DNA from: Escherichia phage vB_EcoM_ESCO56
Reading direction: 5' to 3' (one strand)
DNA: 64,000 nucleotides
Sequence record: OM386665.1
In this document: piece after piece, positions 17,101 to 24,798 of the stretch
Position numbering within the stretch: the first letter of the stretch is position 1
Layout of the letters: every line of letters starts with the position of its first letter
Notes under the pieces: model-generated
What the model saw: the letters and a program-made list of their open reading frames with translations, nothing else
What the model was told of the DNA's origin: nothing
Databases searched by the model: none
Made by a program: the position numbers and the translations under genes

Positions 17101-17662
17101 TGGTGTGATAGCTATGGAAAAAGATAACTTAAAAGAAGTTGAAGGTAACTACCTAGTCCTTGACTGGAGTGATATTCGAGAAGCATTATCCAAAGAAAGC
17201 CTTGACATACTGGAGCAGCTTGTCTTTTCAGTACGACATATCAGAGAAGTTGAAAATGGTAAAGAGCCACTTGAAGGAATCTTTGTAGAGAAGTCTTATC
17301 CGTTCTATGAAGACACTTTGCAGAAAGTTAAAATGTACTTTAAACAGAAGAACCGTAAAGTGGTCACTATGGTATCTCTTGGTGGACAGAGTATGTCTGT
17401 GATGGAAGATATCAATCCTAAGAGACCGAGCAAAGGTGTCTGTATAAAAATCACAGGGCATGAAGAGTATATCTCAATTGATGATTTTAGTGCACTCTGT
17501 AATGGTTCTGCTGTCTTTAATGGGTTTCACTATGATATCCGAGTGTATCCAATCAAGGGGGATGCTGTTATGATGCAGATATTCGATATCAATGGTGGAT
17601 TTACTCATTTTTATCAGACAACCAAGTCATCATTGAAGACAGTTTTAGAAAGTCTGATTTAA
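17057..17662 (+). CDS. hypothetical protein
   Basis: 201 aa ORF; start uncertain (alternative ATG at 17114). Confidence 0.5.
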   Translation: MTTSLQYQTSKFYDNGVIAMEKDNLKEVEGNYLVLDWSDIREALSKESLDILEQLVFSVRHIREVENGKEPLEGIFVEKSYPFYEDTLQKVKMYFKQKNRKVVTMVSLGGQSMSVMEDINPKRPSKGVCIKITGHEEYISIDDFSALCNGSAVFNGFHYDIRVYPIKGDAVMMQIFDINGGFTHFYQTTKSSLKTVLESLI

Positions 17663-17674
17663 AATATCTTAAGA

Positions 17675-17700
17675 GCCTCCTTAATTGGGGGCTTTTTATT
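17675..17700 (+). terminator. intrinsic terminator ending the plus-strand operon
   Basis: GCCTCC-TTAATT-GGGGGC hairpin followed by TTTTTATT. Confidence 0.7.
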
Positions 17701-17890
17701 GAGTAAAATTTACGAAATTTATATTTTTTATAAAATTTATCGGTTGTACCAACCTCTGGGTCACCATCATATGTGAATAAAATATCTATCCTTCTTAACA
17801 ACCTTCTTAATCTTACTCTCTATATAGTTATATAGTATTATATAGTATCTTAGTAACTATCTAGTGGTCTTAATAGCCCATCTGTATAAC

Positions 17891-17962
17891 CCTTCTAACA
17901 AGCCTTCTAACAAGCCTTCTAACAAGCCCTCTAACAAGCCCTCTAACAAGCCTTCTTAACAG
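17891..17962. repeat. tandem 12-bp repeat, six units (CCTTCTAACAAG and variants)
   Basis: Direct inspection: ccttctaacaag x3, ccctctaacaag x2, ccttcttaacag x1. Confidence 0.9.
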
Positions 17963-18318
17963 CCTATACAATCACCTTAACCATCCCTCTACACCCTCTT
18001 AGAAGCTCCTATACACCTCTTAATCTCTAGGTAAGCTATGACACTCTCTATAGGTGTTCACTAGGCACTACTAAGCCTCTATATAGACTGTTTTAACAAA
18101 CTTAACAGGAATATCTTTACAGACCTTATCTCACAAGGTCTAACACGGTACTAACAAGGTATCTTATAAGCCTGTTTCTACCTGTATTTTAGAAAGACTG
18201 TATAGGTAATTATTCAGAATTTTAATTTTTTTATAAAATAAGACTGTCAAGCCATTTTTTAGGGTCTTTGAAGGAACTGAAAAATATCTGTAGAGGATGT
18301 ATATCTGTTTGGTAGCCC

Positions 18319-18594
18319 TTAACAGCTCTGTAACATCCCCTTTGCAAAATTTTAAAATATCATTAACAATCTCTTAACAACTCTCTCAAGTTCTTAACAT
18401 CTCTTCAGAGGTCTTAACAGTTTCTTAACAGTTTTAACAAGAGGGTAACAATTTCTTAACAGTTGATACATAGGCTTTACAGAATCTTAACAGATGATTA
18501 ACAAGAGCTAACAAGTTAATTTTTAAGGGTTATTTTGTTAAGATAATTAACAAGTTCCTAACAAGTATTTAATCTTTTTAACAAACTATTAACA
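18319..18594. repeat. array of at least 16 (C/T)TAACA(A/G) sites, mostly spaced 11 or 20 bp (helically phased)
   Basis: Site starts at about 18319, 18330, 18363, 18374, 18394, 18414, 18425, 18434, 18445, 18456, 18487, 18498, 18508, 18547, 18558, 18578, 18589. Confidence 0.85.
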
Positions 18595-18660
18595 TGGTCA
18601 CTACTCTTTTCTTATCGTTCCCTTTCCTTTCTTAGTGATACCTTAAAAATGCCTTTTAAA

Positions 18661-18682
18661 AGCTCTCTATAGCTCTCTATAG
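18661..18682. repeat. tandem 10-bp repeat AGCTCTCTAT x2 plus partial
   Basis: agctctctat agctctctat agactc. Confidence 0.8.
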
Positions 18683-18796
18683 ACTCTTTTTAGTCTCTCC
18701 CTAGTATTTACCCCTCAACTGTATGAATAGCCCTTTATAGGGCTTTACAGGGCTTTTAAGGCTATGCCAAAGGCTTTTACAAGGCTTTTACGTGGT

Positions 18797-18895
18797 CTTA
18801 ACAGAGATTTAACAAGGGGCTAACAAGTTGTTAACAAGTGTCTTAAAAGTATAACTATGTAGGATTTGTTAAGAAATTGTTAAGAAAATGTTAAG
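18797..18895. repeat. convergent set of TTAACA sites (four direct, then three inverted as TGTTAAG)
   Basis: cttaacag, tttaacaag, gctaacaag, gttaacaag, then ttgttaag, ttgttaag, atgttaag at 10-12 bp spacing. Confidence 0.8.
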
Positions 18896-18910
18896 GGGGC
18901 TAGCATTTAC

Positions 18911-18940
18911 GTAACTTTTGAGTAACTTTTGAGTAACTTT
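18911..18940. repeat. tandem 11-bp repeat GTAACTTTTGA x2.7
   Basis: gtaacttttga gtaacttttga gtaacttt. Confidence 0.8.
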
Positions 18941-19114
18941 ATAGCCCCTATAACATACTTTTTAGTGACTATCAAGCCCTTTTTAGTAGTTCACGAGATA
19001 CTAATCAGCCTATAAGCTTATACCCTTAAAAGATTCTTTTAAGGCTCTGTAAAGCCTTATAAAGGGCTTTTTAAGGTTAGTTAATGCAATCCCTTAAGTT
19101 ATATTGATAATGCT

Positions 19115-19134
19115 GTTATAGAGCGTTATAGAGC
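19115..19134. repeat. tandem 10-bp repeat GTTATAGAGC x2
   Basis: gttatagagc gttatagagc. Confidence 0.8.
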
Positions 19135-19312
19135 GTTTAAAGGTTTGCCCTTCCCTCTCGGGCTATGGGCTTGTATTTAAGTTGATTTGATAAAAGGCTA
19201 TAGGGTAGACTATAGAGTTATTGCTTTTTAAGGTATGAGATAAACTCTATCGAATCAGTGGGGAGATTCTAGAAAGGTGAGGAAAGGGATTGCATAAGGA
19301 TTTGATAGACGT

Positions 19313-19335
19313 AAAAAAGCCCCCATTTAAGGGGC
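19313..19335 (-). terminator. intrinsic terminator for the minus-strand early region
   Basis: Minus strand: GCCCC-TTAAATG-GGGGC hairpin followed by TTTTTT (plus-strand A-run 19313-19318). Confidence 0.65.
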
Positions 19336-19379
19336 TTTATAAAGGTATCTGGGGCTATTTAGCCCCGTTGATTGACAAT

Positions 19380-19910
19380 TTACAGATTTTTGATTGTATC
19401 ATCGATATCTTTTTCAATATCTTTTAAAGTTTTTTCTAAATTCTTGATATTGAAAGATAAGCCCTCTCCCAATGTCTTAGTGTAACCTTCAGGACGTGAG
19501 TTATATAGTTCAATTTCTTCCACTTCAAAGAGACTCACCGCCTCACCGTTTACATTGTAAGCCATTGAAACAGTATTTACAGGGGCTTTATAAAACTTGT
19601 TCAATGACTTGATTGAACGCTCATAAGTCATTTTATAACTGTTTAACAGGTTTTTAACGTGATTGTAAATGTTTTTACACTCATCTAAGTAAATCTCTAA
19701 GAATAACGGTAATAATTTTGCGACAGCTTGCATGAAATGAGAGACTACAACGGTTGCAACATTACGACGATGGACATAATAAGCCCCTTTTCCTGATTTA
19801 GTGATAGTTGCAAAATGTACACCATTGCAGCGAAATTCATATGTATCTTTGACAGGTTTAGACATTACAGCGCTTGAACGAATGAAGTTGATAGCTTGAA
19901 ATTTGTTCAT
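19380..19910 (-). CDS. hypothetical protein
   Basis: 176 aa ORF; GGAGA RBS; preceded by a family-1 promoter/leader cassette. Confidence 0.6.
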   Translation of the reverse strand: MNKFQAINFIRSSAVMSKPVKDTYEFRCNGVHFATITKSGKGAYYVHRRNVATVVVSHFMQAVAKLLPLFLEIYLDECKNIYNHVKNLLNSYKMTYERSIKSLNKFYKAPVNTVSMAYNVNGEAVSLFEVEEIELYNSRPEGYTKTLGEGLSFNIKNLEKTLKDIEKDIDDTIKNL

Positions 19911-19942
19911 TTTAGAATCTCCAGTTTAGGACTTTATTTAGT

Positions 19943-19962
19943 GGGGAGGTCATACCCTCCCC
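19943..19962 (-). repeat. leader hairpin, family 1 (GGGGAGG-loop-CCTCCCC), copy 1
   Basis: Lies between putative promoter and RBS of gene 19380..19910; repeated upstream of three other genes. Confidence 0.7.
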
Positions 19963-19972
19963 GTTGATTAGT

Positions 19973-20001
19973 AATTTACTTGGTTTGATATCTGATTGCA
20001 A
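19973..20001 (-). promoter_or_regulatory. sigma70-like early promoter (TTGCAA-N17-TAAATT)
   Basis: Minus-strand reading; followed by conserved hairpin leader and GGAGA RBS. Confidence 0.45.
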
Positions 20002-20136
20002 GCATTTTTTTTTTTTAAGTTTAGCTATAAAGAAATCTTTTAAGTGAATCCCTTTTAGATAAGCCCCCTCGAACAACATTATCAATGTCAAGGGGCGTTG
20101 TCAATACTTTTTTAAAAGTTTTTTGTAAGTTATTGA

Positions 20137-20478
20137 TTAACTGATGAATATTTTTTCAGGTTTTACATAGCTGATACGCTGATTTTTTAGAAGGTCATCC
20201 CAGATTAGCGCGGCAATATGAGAATAGCCGGATTCACGTAGAATCTTCATCGTTTTACATCTCGTTTCAAATCTGGTTGCATAGTACTCACTATTTAAAA
20301 CCGTTTTATTGCCTTCATTGTCCACATGTATAATTTGCATCACTTGAAAGGGGCTTACATCCTCGCCCTTGTTCCATTGTTCAAAGTATTTTAGGCACTG
20401 TATAGGTGTCATCTTGTCACTTACTTGAGTTGACCAAGATGAATCCTCTTTATCGGTAATTACGGTTACATAAGCCAT
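20137..20478 (-). CDS. hypothetical protein
   Basis: 113 aa ORF behind family-1 cassette. Confidence 0.55.
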   Translation of the reverse strand: MAYVTVITDKEDSSWSTQVSDKMTPIQCLKYFEQWNKGEDVSPFQVMQIIHVDNEGNKTVLNSEYYATRFETRCKTMKILRESGYSHIAALIWDDLLKNQRISYVKPEKIFIS

Positions 20479-20511
20479 ATTTTGAATCTCCAGTTTAGGA
20501 CTTTATTTAGT

Positions 20512-20531
20512 GGGGAGGTCATACCCTCCCC
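20512..20531 (-). repeat. leader hairpin, family 1, copy 2
   Basis: ggggaggtcataccctcccc; same context as copy 1. Confidence 0.7.
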
Positions 20532-20567
20532 GTTGATTAGTAATTTACAGATTTTTATCTGGCTTGT

Positions 20568-20801
20568 CTAGTCTTTTTCAATGATAATTTCATCTTGCCC
20601 GTCAACACTGTCAAAATAGATTCCGTCGTTATCTTCTGTCTTAAAGTAGCATTTAATATCATCACTGGCGGGGTAGTCTTGTCTTGCTATCTGGCAAACC
20701 TGAATAGCATTTTCTTTACTCCCTGTAAACTCCTCAAGCCCTTTAAAATCGCATGAATACCCATTACAGGTGGAAAGGATGAGATAAACGGTTGTAAGCA
20801 T
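20568..20801 (-). CDS. hypothetical protein
   Basis: 77 aa ORF. Confidence 0.45.
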   Translation of the reverse strand: MLTTVYLILSTCNGYSCDFKGLEEFTGSKENAIQVCQIARQDYPASDDIKCYFKTEDNDGIYFDSVDGQDEIIIEKD

Positions 20802-20867
20802 GATTAAAGCCCTCTAAAAGCCCCTACAAGGGGCTGAATAGTGTTTATAAGGTGATTGTATAGGTTA

Positions 20868-21410
20868 TTAGAAAAAGCTCCTTAAATCCTCTTCTGCGAT
20901 GTTTCCTGTTAGTGTATCCATGATGTCACAAAAAACCTGAATGCTGTCCACCTGTTGCACACTTTTAGCGAGAAGTTCTAGAGGCTCCTCAATATAGTTT
21001 AAATTCGGATTATCCAATGAAGGGAGACAGAAAGGTGAGTACATCGCATTAAATTCAGTGATGTAAACTTTTTTAATCCAGCTTATATCAAAATACTCTG
21101 TAAAACTTGCTACGCTAGACATATTATCGCAAGAATAATCATCATTTAGGTCATCTTCTGGAATATCAAGTTCTAAGATAACAATATTTTGAGTTTTCAT
21201 TTGAAAGGCCGCTGATATAGTGGCATTTCCTAGCGCTTGTTGAATTCCTTCCGATGTTATCTCTTGCTCATCGTCGCCATAGATTTTATTTTCTGGGTAC
21301 ACGTAGAAATTGCCGTCCATGTCCGAACAATTCCATGCACCTGATGGCTTATCACCGTTATTAATCAGGTTGATAAAATTTTCTTGAGTAGTGCCGTGAA
21401 AACATTTCAT
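20868..21410 (-). CDS. hypothetical acidic protein
   Basis: 180 aa ORF behind family-2 cassette. Confidence 0.55.
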   Translation of the reverse strand: MKCFHGTTQENFINLINNGDKPSGAWNCSDMDGNFYVYPENKIYGDDEQEITSEGIQQALGNATISAAFQMKTQNIVILELDIPEDDLNDDYSCDNMSSVASFTEYFDISWIKKVYITEFNAMYSPFCLPSLDNPNLNYIEEPLELLAKSVQQVDSIQVFCDIMDTLTGNIAEEDLRSFF

Positions 21411-21456
21411 TTTAGAATCTCCTAGTTTAAGGATTAAGTGATAAAGCTCTTTATCT

Positions 21457-21485
21457 GGGGCTTACTATATCGAACTATAAGCCCC
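21457..21485 (-). repeat. leader hairpin, family 2 (GGGGCTTA-loop-TAAGCCCC), copy 1
   Basis: ggggcttactatatcgaactataagcccc upstream of gene 20868..21410. Confidence 0.7.
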
Positions 21486-21500
21486 TTGTAAAGTACTTTA

Positions 21501-21701
21501 TCAATTATTTTTTACAACTTTTAAAACAGCAAGATAGCCTAAGCAATAGGAATCACCAAAGAGAGTCCGGCCCATGAATGAATCCTCCTTGATATCCTTT
21601 TCAGTGACGGTTTTTTCTACGCCGTGGGAGAGGACTACATCACCAACTTTAATATCTTTGATGTGAGTAGTCTCAATGTTTAAACCGTTAATAATAGCCA
21701 T
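21501..21701 (-). CDS. hypothetical protein
   Basis: 66 aa ORF behind family-1 cassette. Confidence 0.45.
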   Translation of the reverse strand: MAIINGLNIETTHIKDIKVGDVVLSHGVEKTVTEKDIKEDSFMGRTLFGDSYCLGYLAVLKVVKNN

Positions 21702-21736
21702 ATTTTGAATCTCCTAGTTTAAGGACTTTACTTAGT

Positions 21737-21757
21737 GGGGAAGGTCATTCCCTCCCC
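21737..21757 (-). repeat. leader hairpin, family 1, copy 3
   Basis: ggggaaggtcattccctcccc. Confidence 0.7.
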
Positions 21758-21805
21758 GTTGATGTGTAATTTAGTCTATCTAAAAACCAGTGTCAATAAA
21801 AATTT

Positions 21806-22210
21806 TTAGATTTCTGCATAAATTGAATCGCAGATATCGCGGAAGTCGTGGTTTGTCAAATTACGTTGCAACCAAGTAGCAAAGAAATCAGCGATTGCAA
21901 AATTCGCGCCATACTCGACGGATAGCCATACTTTCACGGCGAATCTGAACATTTTTAAATCAAGTTCTTTACTCATTACCTTAGATTTGCCCAACATGTC
22001 AGACATTTCATATTGTGCGCCGTCTAGCGTGATACCCGCTGCAACGTCAATCAGTGATTTTTTTACGCTTTCAACGTCTAAGATAACACTTTGAATCTTC
22101 CCGATAATGTTTTGCAGTGTTTCATCTGGCGCTGATGATGTCAGAGCATTAATCCGGTTAACGGTCAAACGTGCTTTTAAGATTAATAACTCACGGCTAT
22201 TAATAGTCAT
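21806..22210 (-). CDS. hypothetical protein
   Basis: 134 aa ORF behind family-2 cassette. Confidence 0.55.
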   Translation of the reverse strand: MTINSRELLILKARLTVNRINALTSSAPDETLQNIIGKIQSVILDVESVKKSLIDVAAGITLDGAQYEMSDMLGKSKVMSKELDLKMFRFAVKVWLSVEYGANFAIADFFATWLQRNLTNHDFRDICDSIYAEI

Positions 22211-22254
22211 TTTAGAATCTCCAATTTAGGATTTAGCGGTAAAGTTCTTTATCT

Positions 22255-22283
22255 GGGGCTTACTATATCGAACTATAAGCCCC
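22255..22283 (-). repeat. leader hairpin, family 2, copy 2
   Basis: ggggcttactatatcgaactataagcccc. Confidence 0.7.
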
Positions 22284-22295
22284 TTGTAAATTACT

Positions 22296-22568
22296 TTATA
22301 CTAAATGCAGCTTTTTGCCTTTTACCATGATGTAACTTGATGCGCTATTACTATATACATCCTGATAAATTCTGCGCAAACGTCCTTCATAGTGAACTTT
22401 CCAGCTCGTTGGTATCTTTTTCCCATATCCGGTAGCAGTTTTTTGAAGTCCAGCAATTTGCCAATCCAAAATATGTTGTTCCGCTTGTAAATCCTCAAAA
22501 TTCATCACGCCGTCTACATAGTGGCGTAGAGTGACATTTAGAGTACGGCCATTGTTAGTAGTATACAT
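22296..22568 (-). CDS. hypothetical protein
   Basis: 90 aa ORF behind family-1 cassette. Confidence 0.5.
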   Translation of the reverse strand: MYTTNNGRTLNVTLRHYVDGVMNFEDLQAEQHILDWQIAGLQKTATGYGKKIPTSWKVHYEGRLRRIYQDVYSNSASSYIMVKGKKLHLV

Positions 22569-22603
22569 CTTTTGAATCTCCTAGTTTAAGGACTTTACTT
22601 AGT

Positions 22604-22624
22604 GGGGAAGGTCATACCCTTCCC
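22604..22624 (-). repeat. leader hairpin, family 1, copy 4
   Basis: ggggaaggtcatacccttccc. Confidence 0.7.
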
Positions 22625-22634
22625 GTTGATGTGT

Positions 22635-22663
22635 AATTTAATATATCTAAAAATCAGTGTCAA
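22635..22663 (-). promoter_or_regulatory. sigma70-like early promoter (TTGACA-N17-TAAATT)
   Basis: Minus-strand reading, same architecture as promoter at 19973-20001. Confidence 0.5.
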
Positions 22664-22992
22664 CTGTTTTGTTTTCGTTTGCTCATTTCTTGAGCAATTA
22701 CAGCGTAGTAGTCTTTTAAGTTACTGATATTTAAAGCATTTAGTAGAGAGTTATAATCATCAACTAACTGGAAATCCTCTTTAAGGATGTCACTTATCTG
22801 ATAGGTTTCCGCTTTAAATCTAAAGCTCATCTCTAGCCGTTTTATTTGCTCATCGCTTAAACGCTCTAAAAAGCTCTCTACGAGGCTATTGCTAACCTGT
22901 TGTGTGATAGCCTTATCTGCTAAATTATAGGCGCTGTAAGCCTTATAAAGCGCTATAATGGCGATGATTGCAGTGATTCCCATCATTAACAT
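22660..22992 (-). CDS. hypothetical membrane protein
   Basis: 110 aa; N-terminal transmembrane helix MLMMGITAIIAIIALYKAY. Confidence 0.55.
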   Translation of the reverse strand: MLMMGITAIIAIIALYKAYSAYNLADKAITQQVSNSLVESFLERLSDEQIKRLEMSFRFKAETYQISDILKEDFQLVDDYNSLLNALNISNLKDYYAVIAQEMSKRKQNS

Positions 22993-23008
22993 GGTGTTTC
23001 CTCTTAAT

Positions 23009-23521
23009 TTAATTTTTAAAGATATTCATCACTGAATCTTTTAAGGCTTCTAGTTGTTCCATAACTTCAGATTCTGCGCCTGAATTGCTCACTTCCTCTT
23101 TTAGTCTATCTTCTAAATCAACGCCGTCGCTATAGCTCCAATCGAAAGCGTAACCAATAGAAAAACTATCTAAAACCGTTTTTCCGTTTGCGTCTACAAC
23201 TTTTGCAGATAGGTAATATTCTGAAGCCTCTAAATCCCTTTCTAGTTCTCTTTGTAAGCTCATGTAAGCCTCACGGGATGGATTTTCCCGGCCTTGTTTT
23301 GCATAGTCGCTTGAAATCTGTTTAAGGCTGTAATGTAAAGGGATTGCATATTTAAATTCATTGCGTTGATAGTTAGGATTTTTAATAGTCACACCGCCTT
23401 GATGGTCATCTGTAAACTCCCAATTTTCAAGGGCATGACTTGGTTCATACCAAGTAACAGCTTCATAAATGATTGAAAATTTTTCTTTTACAACTTCAAA
23501 GGTTGCGTCTACAGTTTTCAT
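23009..23521 (-). CDS. hypothetical protein
   Basis: 170 aa ORF behind family-2 cassette. Confidence 0.55.
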   Translation of the reverse strand: MKTVDATFEVVKEKFSIIYEAVTWYEPSHALENWEFTDDHQGGVTIKNPNYQRNEFKYAIPLHYSLKQISSDYAKQGRENPSREAYMSLQRELERDLEASEYYLSAKVVDANGKTVLDSFSIGYAFDWSYSDGVDLEDRLKEEVSNSGAESEVMEQLEALKDSVMNIFKN

Positions 23522-23565
23522 TTTTAAGTTCTCCAGTTTAGGTTTAGTGATAAAGCTCTTTATCT

Positions 23566-23594
23566 GGGGCTTACTATATCGAACTATAAGCCCC
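23566..23594 (-). repeat. leader hairpin, family 2, copy 3
   Basis: ggggcttactatatcgaactataagcccc. Confidence 0.7.
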
Positions 23595-23609
23595 TTGTAA
23601 AGTACTTTA

Positions 23610-24005
23610 TCAGTTAATTTTGAAGATAGTCACATATCCATCGCTCCCGATGATTTGAGAGACTCCAGCTTTTTCTACTGAATAGCCCATATTCTCAAGA
23701 TGATAAACAGCATCACCATAACCATATGCGCCGCCCTGATAGCGTCTCTTATTGCATTTTATCAGGTTTTTACCACGTCCAGCAAGTGCATTTAATACGG
23801 CTTTTTCACTTGAAAGCGTACCGTCTAACATTGTTGCCGTGTAATGATTGATTTTATTCCCGTTGATATCATACTTGAAATTGTATGCGTGAACAACAAT
23901 TATTTTATCGTTAAATTTTTCATCAAGCGCCTTCTCTAATACATTACGGAAATTTTCTTTATTGATGAATTTAGGTGCACGATATGTCATTTTTAAGTTC
24001 TCCAA
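23610..24005 (-). CDS. hypothetical protein
   Basis: 131 aa ORF behind family-2 cassette. Confidence 0.55.
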   Translation of the reverse strand: MENLKMTYRAPKFINKENFRNVLEKALDEKFNDKIIVVHAYNFKYDINGNKINHYTATMLDGTLSSEKAVLNALAGRGKNLIKCNKRRYQGGAYGYGDAVYHLENMGYSVEKAGVSQIIGSDGYVTIFKIN

Positions 24006-24035
24006 TTTAGGATTTAGCGGTAAAGCTCTTTATCT

Positions 24036-24064
24036 GGGGCTTACTATATCGAACTATAAGCCCC
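24036..24064 (-). repeat. leader hairpin, family 2, copy 4
   Basis: ggggcttactatatcgaactataagcccc. Confidence 0.7.
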
Positions 24065-24079
24065 TTGTAAAGTACTTTT

Positions 24080-24286
24080 TTAGATTTCGTAGTAGTAAAC
24101 TGCTGTCTGTCTTATGTGCTTTCTTGTGTTTCTTGTAAGATAGCAATTAGAGTCTATAGCCGTTTCTACATAATTGCAATAATCAGACTCTGAAATTCTG
24201 GACCATGCACCGCAAATTTGCATGTAAAAACGCTTTACATTTGTGTTAACGTTAGTTGTGACCATCAATTCACGACCGTATAGCAT
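24080..24286 (-). CDS. hypothetical protein
   Basis: 68 aa ORF, first gene after the 24.3-24.8 kb repeat region. Confidence 0.45.
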   Translation of the reverse strand: MLYGRELMVTTNVNTNVKRFYMQICGAWSRISESDYCNYVETAIDSNCYLTRNTRKHIRQTAVYYYEI

Positions 24287-24339
24287 TTTTAGATTCTCCT
24301 AGTTTAAGGCTATTGGGCTTGTTTGCCTGTCTGATGAAA

Positions 24340-24368
24340 ATACTAAATGACCATATCCAGAGAGTCAA
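24340..24368 (-). promoter_or_regulatory. sigma70-like promoter (TTGACT-N17-TAGTAT) with A-rich UP-like region
   Basis: Minus-strand reading; upstream of gene 24080..24286. Confidence 0.5.
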
Positions 24369-24546
24369 TAAAAAATTTTAAAAATATTTTCAGGAATTGC
24401 CAGAGAGGAACGGGTGCGCGCGAATACCACAAAACAGAACACAAATCAAGAATTATTTTTCAATCCGCTACAAATTTTTCTGTTGACTTTTCTTTTTGGA
24501 TGTGGTAGCCTTGTGAGAAATGGCGACATCCCCGCCTAGACCCGCT

Positions 24547-24726
24547 TACCTGCACAATTCTAAAATGATTTTTCTTGCCCGACCTGATTTTTCTCTGCAC
24601 GTTTTGAAAATGAAAAAGCTCTTTGGAGATTACCTGCACAGTTTGAAAATGAATTTTCTCTTTGGAGTTCAAAATTTTCTCTACAGATTTCTCTATAGAA
24701 ATATACCTGCACAATTCTGAAATGAA
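24547..24726. repeat. three direct repeats of about 22 bp TACCTGCACA(A/G)TT(C/T)T(A/G)AAATGA
   Basis: Copies at 24547-24567, 24631-24652, 24705-24726; also duplicated TTGAAAATGAA..CTCTTTGGAG near 24603 and 24644. Confidence 0.8.
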
Positions 24727-24798
24727 AAAGCCCTCCTTACCTGAAAAATTTACCAGATAAGAAAGGCTTAGTCTATTGTGAATATTCTACAGAGTTTC

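Noticed and set aside
17663-19379. CRISPR array in the 1.7 kb non-coding region
   Set aside because: Repeated units are 8-12 bp with 11-20 bp spacing and several unrelated unit types; no 25-40 bp repeat with regular unique spacers and no cas genes.
24460-24720. Track ORFs 24460..24714 (-) and 24520..24720 (+)
   Set aside because: They overlap each other on opposite strands inside the direct-repeat region; composition driven by the repeats; no RBS.
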